Part shown: one piece after another, positions 9,535 to 19,506 of the stretch
Position numbering within the stretch: the first letter of the stretch is position 1
How the letters are laid out: each line of letters begins with the position of its first letter
DNA from: an uncultured Bacilli bacterium
GTDB taxonomy: Bacteria > Bacillota_I > Bacilli_A > RF39 > UBA660
Length of the DNA: 64,000 nt
Assembly: GCA_947581835.1 (NCBI GenBank)
Contig: CANPVV010000002.1
Location: 3,842 to 67,841, forward strand
Direction: 5' to 3'
Translations under genes and position numbers: made by a program
Notes under the pieces: model-generated
What the model saw: the letters and a program-made list of their open reading frames with translations, nothing else
What the model was told of the DNA's origin: nothing
Database searches by the model: none

Positions 9535-10890
9535 GTGAGGTTATTGGACAAAGAAGAATTACTAAAAAAATTCTTAGAAAATATCAAAAAAGAATTAAAT
9601 CCGGCTTCCTTTACAGCTTGGTTCAATGATTTAAAAATATTTGATATAAAAAACACATCTATTACCTTTGAAGTCCCTATGGAGATTCATAAACGAATGC
9701 TTGGTGACAATTACTACAGTTTAATCAGTAAAACTCTCTCTAATATAACCAATATAGACTATGACATAGACTTTATTTTAAAAGAAGAAATAGCAACTAC
9801 CCTAACTAAAAATGTCAATAACCCAGAAGTTATCCCCAATAATAACTATCAAACCAACTTAGATCCTAATCTAAATTTTGATAACTTTGTTGTAGGTGAT
9901 ACCAATCGTTTAGCTAAAGTCGCCGCGATGGCTGTTGCTGAAGCTCCAGGTCGTATCCATAATCCCCTATTTATCTATGGTAAAAGTGGACTTGGAAAAA
10001 CCCATCTAATGCACGCGATAGGTAATTATATAGTAAACAGTTCTAATCGCAAAGTTCTATACTGTACCTGTGACGAATTTATGACCGAATACACCAATAT
10101 AGCTAACCCAGACAACAAAAACACTTTAGAATATGCGGCCGATTTTAAAAATAAATATCGCAATGTCGATGTCTTAATAATAGATGATATCCAATATTTA
10201 GTTGGAGCCGAAAAAACTCAACAAGAATTTTTTAACACTTTCAATTATTTGCATCAATCAAATAAACAAATAATTATCAGTAGTGACCGTTCTCCCGACG
10301 ATTTAAAAATATTAGAGGAGCGGCTTCGTTCCCGCTTTATGTGGGGCTTACCAGTAGATATTTTTCCTCCCGATTTTGATTTACGCTGTCGTATTATCAA
10401 AAAAAAGCTTGAAAACAGCAGTATTGCTAACCTAATAAAAGAAGAAAGTATCGAATATATTGCTAATGCCTGTCAAAATGACGTTAGATTTTTAGAAGGT
10501 GCTATAAATCGTCTAATGGCCTACACTGCTATGATAGTTCCCAAAGTTATAGACCTTGAATTTACCTGTGAAGCTCTTAAAGATTTTGTTAATAAAAACA
10601 TTTATTCTAACAATAATATAACTAAAATCCAAAAAGCTGTCGCCGACCATTACAACATAACGGTAGATGATTTAAAAGGTAAAAAAAGAAACAACAAAGT
10701 TGCTCATCCTCGGCAATTAGCCATGTATTTATGCCGACTTGAAACTGACGAAACATTCCCTCGAATAGGCCTAGAATTTGGTGGTAGAGACCACTCAACT
10801 GTCATATTTGCTTGTGATAAAATTGAAAAAGAATTAATAACCAACACAGAACTTGAAAACGATATTAAAGAAATAAAATCTAAATTGTAA
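9535..10890 (+). CDS. dnaA: Chromosomal replication initiator protein DnaA
   Basis: Walker A GKSGLGKTHL and Walker B VLIIDDIQ. C-terminal DNA-binding ...VAHPRQLAMYLCR...GGRDHSTV. The start codon is non-ATG (GTG 9535 or TTG 9544), so the exact start is uncertain. Confidence 0.9.
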   Translation: MRLLDKEELLKKFLENIKKELNPASFTAWFNDLKIFDIKNTSITFEVPMEIHKRMLGDNYYSLISKTLSNITNIDYDIDFILKEEIATTLTKNVNNPEVIPNNNYQTNLDPNLNFDNFVVGDTNRLAKVAAMAVAEAPGRIHNPLFIYGKSGLGKTHLMHAIGNYIVNSSNRKVLYCTCDEFMTEYTNIANPDNKNTLEYAADFKNKYRNVDVLIIDDIQYLVGAEKTQQEFFNTFNYLHQSNKQIIISSDRSPDDLKILEERLRSRFMWGLPVDIFPPDFDLRCRIIKKKLENSSIANLIKEESIEYIANACQNDVRFLEGAINRLMAYTAMIVPKVIDLEFTCEALKDFVNKNIYSNNNITKIQKAVADHYNITVDDLKGKKRNNKVAHPRQLAMYLCRLETDETFPRIGLEFGGRDHSTVIFACDKIEKELITNTELENDIKEIKSKL

Positions 10891-11035
10891 ATAATATCTT
10901 AAAATAATGTGTATAAAATAGCAATTATAAACATTTTTAAAACTTAAATTCCCCTAAAATAAAGGGTAAAACAAACTTATAAACTTTACTAACAGTATAA
11001 TAAATATTAATAATAAAAAGAAAGAAGGAATATAT
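10891..11035. promoter_or_regulatory. oriC: oriC part 2: dnaA-dnaN intergenic with DnaA box and AT-rich unwinding region
   Basis: TGTGTATAA at 10908-10916. Extremely AT-rich 145 bp. Consistent with the bipartite Bacillota origin architecture. Confidence 0.5.
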
Positions 11036-12154
11036 ATGAAATTCACAATTGAAAAAAATGTAATCTTAGAAGGATTAAATAATGTTATTAGAGCTATCTC
11101 TACTAAAAATGTTATACCAGTTCTAAATGGTATTAAGTTTGAATTAAAAGAAGAAGGTTTATACTTAACTGCCAGTGACTCCGAACTAACCATCAAAGTC
11201 TTAATCGAATCTAAAGAAATTAAACAAGTTCATAATTTAGGTGGTATTATTATTCAAAGTAAATATATATTAGATATAGTTCGAAAAATGCCAAGTGATA
11301 TTATCAACTTTGAAGTTATTGATGGTTTAAAAATTAAAATCTACACTGATAATAACCAATATAATTTAAATTGCTTAGATATAAATGATTACCCCGACGT
11401 TAAACTTGAAGTAAATAAAGACCCAATAATTATTGAAGGAACTGTCTTTAAAACTATAATCAATCAAACTGTTTTTGCTATCTCAACCCAAGAATTACGC
11501 CCAATTTTAACCGGAGTTAACTTTAAATTTAGTAAAAATAATCTTGAAGTAGTTGCCACTGATTCTTATCGTTTAGCCAAAAAAAATATTAAACTAGAAA
11601 CACCTGTTGAAAAAGATGTCGAAATAGTTATTCCTGGTAAAAACATTATGGAATTAGAAAAAATAATAACTGATGAAGAAAATATAGAAATTCATATCTT
11701 TAATAATAAAGTCCTATTTAAGTATAAAAATGTTCATTTCCAAAGCAATTTATTAAGTGATAACTATCCAAATACTTCTAACCTTATCCCTAGTGAATTT
11801 GCTTATATTATCAAAGTTTCTAAAAAAGATTTCAATGATGCTATCGATCGTGCTGCACTATTAACTCTTGGTAAAGATAAAAATATTGTTAAAATGACTC
11901 TTGAAAATACTAAAATGGTTATCAATTCTTATGCATCTGAAATAGGTAAAGTAGAAGAACAACTAACAGTTGAAACTAATAATAAAGAAAAGCTTGAAAT
12001 ATCCTTCTCATCTAAATATATGCTTGAAGCTATAAAAACAATGCAAGAAGAGGAAATTTTACTTCTCTTAAATAGTGACGTTAAACCTTTAATTATTAAA
12101 TCTTTAACTGACGAATCTCTAATTCAATTAATATTACCTATTAAGACCTATTAA
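11036..12154 (+). CDS. dnaN: DNA polymerase III beta sliding clamp
   Basis: 372 aa immediately downstream of dnaA. RBS AGGAATATATATG. Typical three-domain clamp length. Confidence 0.85.
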   Translation: MKFTIEKNVILEGLNNVIRAISTKNVIPVLNGIKFELKEEGLYLTASDSELTIKVLIESKEIKQVHNLGGIIIQSKYILDIVRKMPSDIINFEVIDGLKIKIYTDNNQYNLNCLDINDYPDVKLEVNKDPIIIEGTVFKTIINQTVFAISTQELRPILTGVNFKFSKNNLEVVATDSYRLAKKNIKLETPVEKDVEIVIPGKNIMELEKIITDEENIEIHIFNNKVLFKYKNVHFQSNLLSDNYPNTSNLIPSEFAYIIKVSKKDFNDAIDRAALLTLGKDKNIVKMTLENTKMVINSYASEIGKVEEQLTVETNNKEKLEISFSSKYMLEAIKTMQEEEILLLLNSDVKPLIIKSLTDESLIQLILPIKTY

Positions 12155-12299
12155 TATGTTAATAATCCCCTTTTTATTAACATTTTTTCCTTAAATATTC
12201 CAATAACTAAAAAAAATTTAACCTCATCGACACGGTTCGACAAATTTTGCTCCTTTTTTGTGATATAACATAGATATTTACACGAAAGGGGGCAATTTT

Positions 12300-12752
12300 A
12301 TGTCTTATAAAATCACAAAAAAAACATATGCTTTAATCTCTAATAAAGATACAACTAAAGTAATTGAAGAAGAGCATATCGAAAATATAAGAGACGAATG
12401 TGTAAATATAATTAATGAAAACTGTTTTCATTATGGCTCAAGCCTAGAAGGTCGCCAGCAAGGAAGTGCTTATTTTTTAGGTAGTAATTATAAACCACCA
12501 ATTATTTTAAATGAACACGAAAATATAATTTTAATACCTACCCATTCTATTCGCAATAATAAGTGCTGTTGGTTAGTCTTAGATAAAATTCTAAATTATT
12601 ACCCAACCCTTAAAAATTGTACACAAATAGAATTTATCAATAATCAAAAAATCGACATTCCTCTAAGCTACACTGTTTTTGATAAACAAGTTCTGCGAGC
12701 CACTCGTCTGGAATCCATTTTAAGAGGACGAAATGTTCAAAAATACCTTTAA
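12300..12752 (+). CDS. comK: Competence transcription factor ComK homolog
   Basis: NCFHYGSSLEGRQQGSAYFLGSNYKPPIILNEHENIILIPTHSIRNNKCCWL...IDIPLSYTVFDKQVLRATRL aligns block-for-block with B. subtilis ComK (RFFGSSYAGRKAGTY...HKPPIMVDPSNQIFLFPT...CGW...ELPISYNSFENQVYRTAWL). Confidence 0.8.
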   Translation: MSYKITKKTYALISNKDTTKVIEEEHIENIRDECVNIINENCFHYGSSLEGRQQGSAYFLGSNYKPPIILNEHENIILIPTHSIRNNKCCWLVLDKILNYYPTLKNCTQIEFINNQKIDIPLSYTVFDKQVLRATRLESILRGRNVQKYL

Positions 12753-12840
12753 AAAGGTGTTTTTTTATGTTATAATATTTCTAGGTATAGGAGTACGTAT
12801 TTACCTATAAAATTAAAATTAGACAAAGTAGGGGCGGAAA

Positions 12841-13944
12841 ATGGAAATCTGTAATTTGAAATTATTAAATTTTCGGAATTATGAATCACTTGAAATAAAA
12901 TTTAGTCCAACTACTAATATTATCTATGGTCAAAATGGCATGGGTAAAACCAATATTATAGAAGCAATATATATGCTGGCCTTAACTAAAACTTTTCGCT
13001 TAGGAAATGATAATGTAGTTATCAAAAAAGGCAAAAATATTGCTAAAATAGAGGGTTTAATTAAAGATAATATTTTAAATACTTATAAAATAATCATTAA
13101 TGATACTGGCAAAAGAATTAAAATTGATAATAATAAAATATCTAAAGTAAGTGATTATATTACTAAAATCAATGTTGTTCTTTTTAACCCTGATGATTTA
13201 AAAATAATTAAAGATACTCCTATGACTAGACGAAAGCTTTTAAATATAGAAATCTCGGGTTTAAAGAAAGAATATGTTATTTACTTAAATAATTATAATA
13301 AAATCTTAAAACAACGAAATGCTTATCTAAAAGCTTTAAATAAAAAAAGTCTTGGTTCTTCTGATTTTCTAAATATTTTAACTGAAGAATTAGTTACTAC
13401 TGGTTTAAAAATAATGTCTATTCGCGAAGAATTTATCAACAATATTAATAAATATATCTCTGACATTTATTATGAAATAACCAAAAAAGGTACTTTATCA
13501 CTAAAATATAAGAGTGAATTTAAAGGCAAAACTAAAGACCAACTTCTAAAATTATACGCCAAAAATATTTCCCGGGAAATAATCATGGGTAAAACTCTCT
13601 TTGGCCCCCAACATGATGACGTTGAATTTATCGTAAATAATGAAGTTGTAAAAGTCTACTCCAGCATGGGGGAACAAAAAAACAGTGTTATTGCCTTTAA
13701 ACTTGCCGAAATTAAAAACATAACCCACACTTTAAATCGCAAACCTATTCTAATATTAGATGATTTATTTAGTGAATTAGACCAAGAAAAGATTAATAAC
13801 ATCATTAACTTAATAGATATTGATGTCCAAACTTTTATAACTACTACTGAAATAGATTTTGTAAATAAAGATTTACTTGCTAAATCTACGATTTTTCACG
13901 TTATAAATGGTACTGTTAAGGAGGAAAAAACATATGGAAAATAA
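12841..13944 (+). CDS. recF: DNA replication/repair protein RecF
   Basis: Walker [14 protein letters not shown]. Conserved dnaN-recF-gyrB position. RBS GGGGCGGAAAATG. Confidence 0.85.
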   Translation: MEICNLKLLNFRNYESLEIKFSPTTNIIYGQNGMGKTNIIEAIYMLALTKTFRLGNDNVVIKKGKNIAKIEGLIKDNILNTYKIIINDTGKRIKIDNNKISKVSDYITKINVVLFNPDDLKIIKDTPMTRRKLLNIEISGLKKEYVIYLNNYNKILKQRNAYLKALNKKSLGSSDFLNILTEELVTTGLKIMSIREEFINNINKYISDIYYEITKKGTLSLKYKSEFKGKTKDQLLKLYAKNISREIIMGKTLFGPQHDDVEFIVNNEVVKVYSSMGEQKNSVIAFKLAEIKNITHTLNRKPILILDDLFSELDQEKINNIINLIDIDVQTFITTTEIDFVNKDLLAKSTIFHVINGTVKEEKTYGK

Positions 13945-15847
13945 TTATACAGATAGTGATATTCAAGTCTTAGAAGGCTTAGAGGCTGTTCGCAAACGCC
14001 CGGGTATGTATATAGGAACAACAAGTGAACGTGGCTTGCATCACCTCGTATGGGAAATTGTTGATAATGCCGTTGATGAGTCTCTCGCCGGTTTTTGTGA
14101 CGATATAGAAGTAGTTGTCCACAATGATAATTCTGTTTCTGTCAAAGATGATGGTCGTGGAATGCCAACTGGTATTAATGAAAAAACTGGTTTATCTACC
14201 ATTGAAACAATATTTACTGTCCTTCATGCTGGTGGTAAATTTGGTGGTGGTGGCTATAAAGTAAGTGGCGGCTTACATGGTGTTGGCGCAAGTGTTGTAA
14301 ATGCCCTATCTACTTGGCTTGAAGTTCGTGTTTATCGTGATGGCGAAGTTCATTATGAACGCTTTGAAAATGGAGGCCACCCTTGTGCTCCTATGAAAGT
14401 TATTGATACTTGTTCTAAAGATCGAACTGGAACTACTGTGACTTTTAAAGCGGACCCAACTATTTTTAAAGAAACTACCGAATTTAACTATGAAACTTTA
14501 GCTACTCGTCTCCGGGAATTAGCCTTTTTAAATAAAGGTCTTCGCATTACTTTAATTGACGAACGAGTACCCGATAAAAAAGACGTCTTTTGCTATAATG
14601 GTGGAATTGTTGAATATGTAACCATGTTAAATAAAAACAAGCAACCTCTTCATGATGATATAATCTATGTAGAAGGAACTGTTGATAATATAAGTATTGA
14701 AGTTGCCATGCAATACAATGATTCTTATACTGCTAATCTCTACTCTTTCACCAACAATATTAATACATATGAAGGTGGAACTCATGAAGATGGGGTTAAA
14801 ATTGCTTTAACGAGAATTATTAACAATTATGCTCGTGGTGCTAAATTATTAAAAGAAAAAGACGAAGCTTTAAGCGGAGATGATTGTCGTGAAGGACTTG
14901 CTATGATTATTTCTTGCAAGCACCCTGATCCCCAATTTGAAGGTCAAACTAAAACTAAATTAGGTAATAGTGAGGTTCGTAAAATTGCAAGTGATATTTT
15001 TGGTCAAGGACTCGAACGTTATTTAATGGAAAATCCTCAAGCCGCTCGTGCTATTATTGATAAATGTATGACTGCCTCTCGCGCCCGTATTGCTGCGAAA
15101 AAAGCTCGTGAGGCCACCCGTCGTAAAGGAGACTTAGACGTTACCAACTTTTTTGGTAAACTTGCCGATTGTAAAAGTAAAGATGCTACCATCAGTGAGA
15201 TATTTCTAGTCGAGGGAGATTCAGCCGGAGGCTCTGCTATAAAAGGTCGAGATAGTATGACTCAAGCAATTCTTCCTTTAAGAGGTAAAATCTTAAATGT
15301 TGAAAAAGCTCGTTTAGATCGTGCTCTATCTAATGAAGAAATAAGAACCATTATAACTGCTTTTGGCACTGGAATTGGTGAAGATTTTAATTTAGATAAA
15401 TTAAGATATCACAAAATTATTATTATGACCGATGCCGATGTTGATGGCTCTCATATTCGTGTCTTACTTTTAACCCTATTTTACCGCTTTTTTAAGCCTA
15501 TTGTCGAGGCTGGCCATGTCTATGCTGCCCAACCACCATTATTCGTTATAAAACACGGTAAAACGATTAAATATGTCTTAAATGAACAAGAAAGAGATGA
15601 ATATATCGCTAGTCTTTCACCTAATACTAAATATGATATTGCTCGTATGAAAGGTTTAGGTGAGATGGATGCCGAAGAATTAAATGAAACAACTATGGAT
15701 ATTAATAAACGTGTTCTTCGTCAAATCACCGTCGATGATGCTATCGCTGCTGATGAAATATTTAATAAATTAATGGGTGAAGAAGTTGAACCTCGTCGGG
15801 AATTTATTGAAACAAATGCTACTTATGTTGAAAATCTTGATATCTAG
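13934..15847 (+). CDS. gyrB: DNA gyrase subunit B
   Basis: ORF track frame. Likely true start is ATG 13934 ([28 protein letters not shown]) after RBS AAGGAGG, overlapping the recF stop. Motifs EGDSAGG and [10 protein letters not shown]. Confidence 0.9.
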   Translation: MENNYTDSDIQVLEGLEAVRKRPGMYIGTTSERGLHHLVWEIVDNAVDESLAGFCDDIEVVVHNDNSVSVKDDGRGMPTGINEKTGLSTIETIFTVLHAGGKFGGGGYKVSGGLHGVGASVVNALSTWLEVRVYRDGEVHYERFENGGHPCAPMKVIDTCSKDRTGTTVTFKADPTIFKETTEFNYETLATRLRELAFLNKGLRITLIDERVPDKKDVFCYNGGIVEYVTMLNKNKQPLHDDIIYVEGTVDNISIEVAMQYNDSYTANLYSFTNNINTYEGGTHEDGVKIALTRIINNYARGAKLLKEKDEALSGDDCREGLAMIISCKHPDPQFEGQTKTKLGNSEVRKIASDIFGQGLERYLMENPQAARAIIDKCMTASRARIAAKKAREATRRKGDLDVTNFFGKLADCKSKDATISEIFLVEGDSAGGSAIKGRDSMTQAILPLRGKILNVEKARLDRALSNEEIRTIITAFGTGIGEDFNLDKLRYHKIIIMTDADVDGSHIRVLLLTLFYRFFKPIVEAGHVYAAQPPLFVIKHGKTIKYVLNEQERDEYIASLSPNTKYDIARMKGLGEMDAEELNETTMDINKRVLRQITVDDAIAADEIFNKLMGEEVEPRREFIETNATYVENLDI

Positions 15848-15858
15848 GAGGTGTAAAT

Positions 15859-18312
15859 ATGGATAGATTAGAAAAAAATAATATAGTTAAAGAAGTAAAA
15901 GACTCATTTCTTGAATATTCAATGAGTGTTATTGTAGCTCGTGCTCTTCCTGATTTACGAGATGGTCTAAAACCTGTTCATCGTCGTATTTTATATTCTA
16001 TGTATGAATCTGGTTATACTCCAGATAAACCTCATAAAAAAAGTGCTCGTATAGTTGGGGATGTCATGGGTAAATATCACCCACATGGCGATTCAAGTAT
16101 TTATGAGGCTATGGTTCGTATGGCCCAAGATTTTAGTTATCGTTATATGCTAGTCGATGGTCATGGTAATTTTGGTAATATTGAAGGCTATGGCGCCGCC
16201 GCTATGCGTTACACCGAATCTCGCTTATCCAAAATTTCTCTGGAATTACTTAGAGATATTCGCAAAGACACCGTTAATTTTACTCCCAACTTTGACGAAT
16301 CAGAACAAGAACCAGAAATCCTCCCTTCTCGTTTTCCTAATATTTTAGTAAATGGAACAACGGGAATTGCTGTTGGTATGGCTACTAATATCCCTCCCCA
16401 TAATCTAGGCGAAGTTATTGATGGCTGTGTTGCTTATATCGATAATCCTGAAATCGACACCATGGGTCTAATGCAATATATCAAAGGTCCAGATTTTCCA
16501 ACCGGAGCAATAATCTTAGGTAATTCAGGTATTAAAAAAGCTTATGAAACCGGTCGTGGAACTATTACTATTCGTTCCCGTGCCCAAATAGAAGAAAAAA
16601 ATGGTCGAGAATATATTGTAATCAATGAAGTCCCATATGGAGTAAATACTTTAGAATTAAAAAATAAAGTTGCCGAATTAGTTCATAATAAAATAATTGA
16701 TGGTATAACTGATTATCACGTTGATTTAAAAGAAGGCGTAAAAATTACTATAACTCTTCGTAAAGACGCCAATGCCAGTGTTATTTTAAATAAATTATAT
16801 AAACATACAGCCTTTCAAACAACTTATGGAATAATCTTCTTAATGCTTGATAATGGTGTACCTAAAACTTTAGGACTTAAAGATATTATTTCTAAATATA
16901 TTGATTATCAAAAAGAAGTAATAATAAGACGAACTAAATTTGATTTAGATAAAGCTGAAAAACGTGTTCATATTTTACAAGGTTTAATGATTGCCTTAGA
17001 TCATATTGATGAAGTTATTAAATTAATACGTGCCTCAAAAACTGATGAAGAAGCCAAAAATGGTTTAATGACTAAATTTAATCTCTCTAACGAACAAGCT
17101 GAAGCTATCCTAGAAATGCGTTTGAGACGTTTAACAGGCTTAGAAAGAGATAAAATTGAAGAAGAATTAAATGAATTATTAAAACTTATCGACGAACTTC
17201 GTAGCATTCTATCAAGTGAAGAAAAAGTTTTAAATATTATTAAAGAAGAACTATTAGAAATTAAAGATAAATATGGTGACAAACGCCGTACTGATATTGA
17301 TATGAGTGCTATTGAATATATAGAAGACGAATCTTTAATCCCCGAAGAAGATATCCTTATTGCTTTAACAAATAAAGGTTATATTAAACGTACTACCAGT
17401 GATACTTTTAAAGTTCAAAAACGTGGTGGAATGGGCATTAAAGGTATGTCTACCAATGAAGAAGATTATGTCGAAGAAATGATTAATTTAGGTACTCATG
17501 ATTACTTATTATTCTTTACTAATAAAGGTAAAGTATATCGCTTAAAAGGCTATGAAATACCAGAATTTAGTCGTCAATCTAAAGGTTTACCAATTATAAA
17601 TCTTTTACAGTTAGAAAAAGACGAAAGTATCAATACTATGCTTAGTGTTAAAACAGACGAAGAAAATAAATATTTATTGTTTGTAACTAAAAATGGTTTG
17701 GTAAAACGTACTGCAATAAGCGAATTTGCAAACATACGTACGTCTGGAAAGATTTGCATAAGCCTAAAATCTAACGATGAACTCCTATCTGTTAAGAAAA
17801 CTAATGGTGAAAATTATATTTTATTAGGTAGTGAAGAAGGACGCATGGTTAAATTCCAAGAAAATAATATAAGAACTATGGGTCGTACTGCCAGTGGAGT
17901 TAAAGGTATAAACTTAAGCGGATCTAAATGTGTTTGTGCTGAAGTAGTAACAGAACATGATAAAATATTGTTAGTAACTGAAAAAGGATATGGAAAAAAG
18001 ACTTTAGTAAGTGATTTTAGAGAAACAAGTCGGGGAAGTAAAGGCGTAAAAGCACTTAATATTACCGAAAAAAATGGTAAAATAGCTTCTGTTAAAGTTG
18101 TTGATGAAGAAAAAGAATTAGTTATCATGACCAATACTGGTACCACAATGCGTATGTCTCTTGCTCAAATTAATACTTTAGGCCGCGTAACTCAAGGCGT
18201 AAGATTAATTAATCTAAAAGAAGGTCAATATGTAACTACTATTAGCTTAGTGGTAAAGCCAGAAGAAGAATCAGAACAACCAGAAAATTCTGAAGAAAGT
18301 AATGCTGAATAA
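15859..18312 (+). CDS. gyrA: DNA gyrase subunit A
   Basis: AAMRYTE active-site Tyr region. QRDR-like [13 protein letters not shown]. 817 aa. Confidence 0.9.
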   Translation: MDRLEKNNIVKEVKDSFLEYSMSVIVARALPDLRDGLKPVHRRILYSMYESGYTPDKPHKKSARIVGDVMGKYHPHGDSSIYEAMVRMAQDFSYRYMLVDGHGNFGNIEGYGAAAMRYTESRLSKISLELLRDIRKDTVNFTPNFDESEQEPEILPSRFPNILVNGTTGIAVGMATNIPPHNLGEVIDGCVAYIDNPEIDTMGLMQYIKGPDFPTGAIILGNSGIKKAYETGRGTITIRSRAQIEEKNGREYIVINEVPYGVNTLELKNKVAELVHNKIIDGITDYHVDLKEGVKITITLRKDANASVILNKLYKHTAFQTTYGIIFLMLDNGVPKTLGLKDIISKYIDYQKEVIIRRTKFDLDKAEKRVHILQGLMIALDHIDEVIKLIRASKTDEEAKNGLMTKFNLSNEQAEAILEMRLRRLTGLERDKIEEELNELLKLIDELRSILSSEEKVLNIIKEELLEIKDKYGDKRRTDIDMSAIEYIEDESLIPEEDILIALTNKGYIKRTTSDTFKVQKRGGMGIKGMSTNEEDYVEEMINLGTHDYLLFFTNKGKVYRLKGYEIPEFSRQSKGLPIINLLQLEKDESINTMLSVKTDEENKYLLFVTKNGLVKRTAISEFANIRTSGKICISLKSNDELLSVKKTNGENYILLGSEEGRMVKFQENNIRTMGRTASGVKGINLSGSKCVCAEVVTEHDKILLVTEKGYGKKTLVSDFRETSRGSKGVKALNITEKNGKIASVKVVDEEKELVIMTNTGTTMRMSLAQINTLGRVTQGVRLINLKEGQYVTTISLVVKPEEESEQPENSEESNAE

Positions 18313-18395
18313 GCATTATTTTTTTTATTCAAATTATTAAAATGACCTATAAATAAAAATGTTAGTAACTTAAAAAATATAGGAAAATTATAAAA

Positions 18396-18411
18396 TGTTT
18401 CACGTGAAACA
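18396..18411. promoter_or_regulatory. parS: parS site 1 (perfect TGTTTCACGTGAAACA)
   Basis: Exact match to the Bacillota parS consensus TGTTNCACGTGAAACA. Lies within the 18-bp palindrome ATGTTTCACGTGAAACAT. Confidence 0.85.
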
Positions 18412-18618
18412 TTACTCCCTCTCTTGAGATATTTAAAGAAATTACAATGTAATTAGCTTTATGTTTAATCTTATATTTAATTTAAATGTTAAAAGCAATA
18501 TATTCAATCTATCTGCACAATAAATATATCTAAACCTAAAAATCCAAGAATCCTAAAATATAAAATCTAAATTAATTACAAATAAAACTATTTAAAAACA
18601 ACTTATCAACACTCCAAA

Positions 18619-18634
18619 GGTTTCACGTGAAACA
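18619..18634. promoter_or_regulatory. parS: parS site 2 (GGTTTCACGTGAAACA, 1 mismatch)
   Basis: 15/16 match. Preceded by ACTTATCAACA. Confidence 0.75.
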
Positions 18635-18694
18635 TCGAATTCTGAAAAAAGAAAAAATAAAATTAAAAAATCAATTCAAAAAAGTTATAAACAA

Positions 18695-18710
18695 TGTTTC
18701 ACGTGAAACA
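18695..18710. promoter_or_regulatory. parS: parS site 3 (perfect)
   Basis: CAATGTTTCACGTGAAACATT. Confidence 0.85.
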
Positions 18711-18851
18711 TTACAAACATAAAAACAATTTTTTACAAACTAAAACAAAATTTTAAAAGAAAAAACAATAAACTTTAGAATTTTAAAAAAGAAAATTAAA
18801 ATTTTAAAAATAAATTACAAAAAATAATCAAAAATATTAACTTATCAACAA

Positions 18852-18867
18852 TGTTTCACGTGAAACA
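18852..18867. promoter_or_regulatory. parS: parS site 4 (perfect; 22-bp palindrome CAATGTTTCACGTGAAACATTG)
   Basis: Exact consensus. Preceded by ACTTATCAACA (DnaA-box-like TTATCAACA). Confidence 0.85.
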
Positions 18868-18899
18868 TTGTCATAATTTCTAAAAAATGTAAAATTTTA

Positions 18900-18915
18900 T
18901 GTTTCACGTGAAACA
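18900..18915. promoter_or_regulatory. parS: parS site 5 (perfect)
   Basis: ATGTTTCACGTGAAACAT immediately upstream of the tadA region. Confidence 0.85.
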
Positions 18916-19049
18916 TATACTTGCCAAAACCTCAAAAATGTGGTAAATTAATATCGTGCAACAAATATATTGTAACCTGGTCAGAGTTGGAAAACAGCAG
19001 CCATATCAATCCCTATTTGTGTGCACATTTTTTATTGGAGGAAAATAAA

Positions 19050-19475
19050 ATGCCAGAAAAATACTTTCAAATTCTTATGAAATTATGCCATAAAGCTATC
19101 AAACATAAAGAAGTTCCCATCGCTGCTATAATAGTCCATGAAAACAAGATTATTGCTAAAGCTTATAACACTAGAAAATCTAAAAATAATCCTCTGAATC
19201 ATGCCGAAATGTTAGTAATTAAAAAAGCCAGCCAAAAATTAAAAAGTTGGCGTTTAAATAATTGTGATCTTTATGTAACTTTAAAACCCTGCTCAATGTG
19301 TGAATCTACTATTAAACAAGCTCGTTTATCTAATGTTTACTATTTATTAGAAAAACCAGAAAATAAAAAAGAATACTATAAAACCAATTTTTCAAAAGCA
19401 AACATACGTACGCAAAATGAAGAATATTCTCAATATTTAACAGACTTTTTTAAGAATTTAAGAGACAAAGCCTAA
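19050..19475 (+). CDS. tadA: tRNA-specific adenosine deaminase (CDA-fold zinc deaminase)
   Basis: HAEMLVI...PCSMCE zinc-binding motifs. Conserved position upstream of dnaX. Real start is probably ATG 19050 after RBS GGAGGAAAATAAA; the ORF-track start 18921 is upstream and overlaps parS. Confidence 0.75.
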   Translation: MPEKYFQILMKLCHKAIKHKEVPIAAIIVHENKIIAKAYNTRKSKNNPLNHAEMLVIKKASQKLKSWRLNNCDLYVTLKPCSMCESTIKQARLSNVYYLLEKPENKKEYYKTNFSKANIRTQNEEYSQYLTDFFKNLRDKA

Positions 19476-19506
19476 TATCTATGCTATAATTAAAAAGGTG
19501 ATAAAA

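Noticed and set aside
18395-18916. Repeated 18-22-bp palindromes could be mistaken for a CRISPR array or REP elements
   Set aside because: The repeats are perfect palindromes matching the parS consensus. Spacing is irregular (48-223 bp). No cas genes and no leader. Interpreted as ParB-binding sites.
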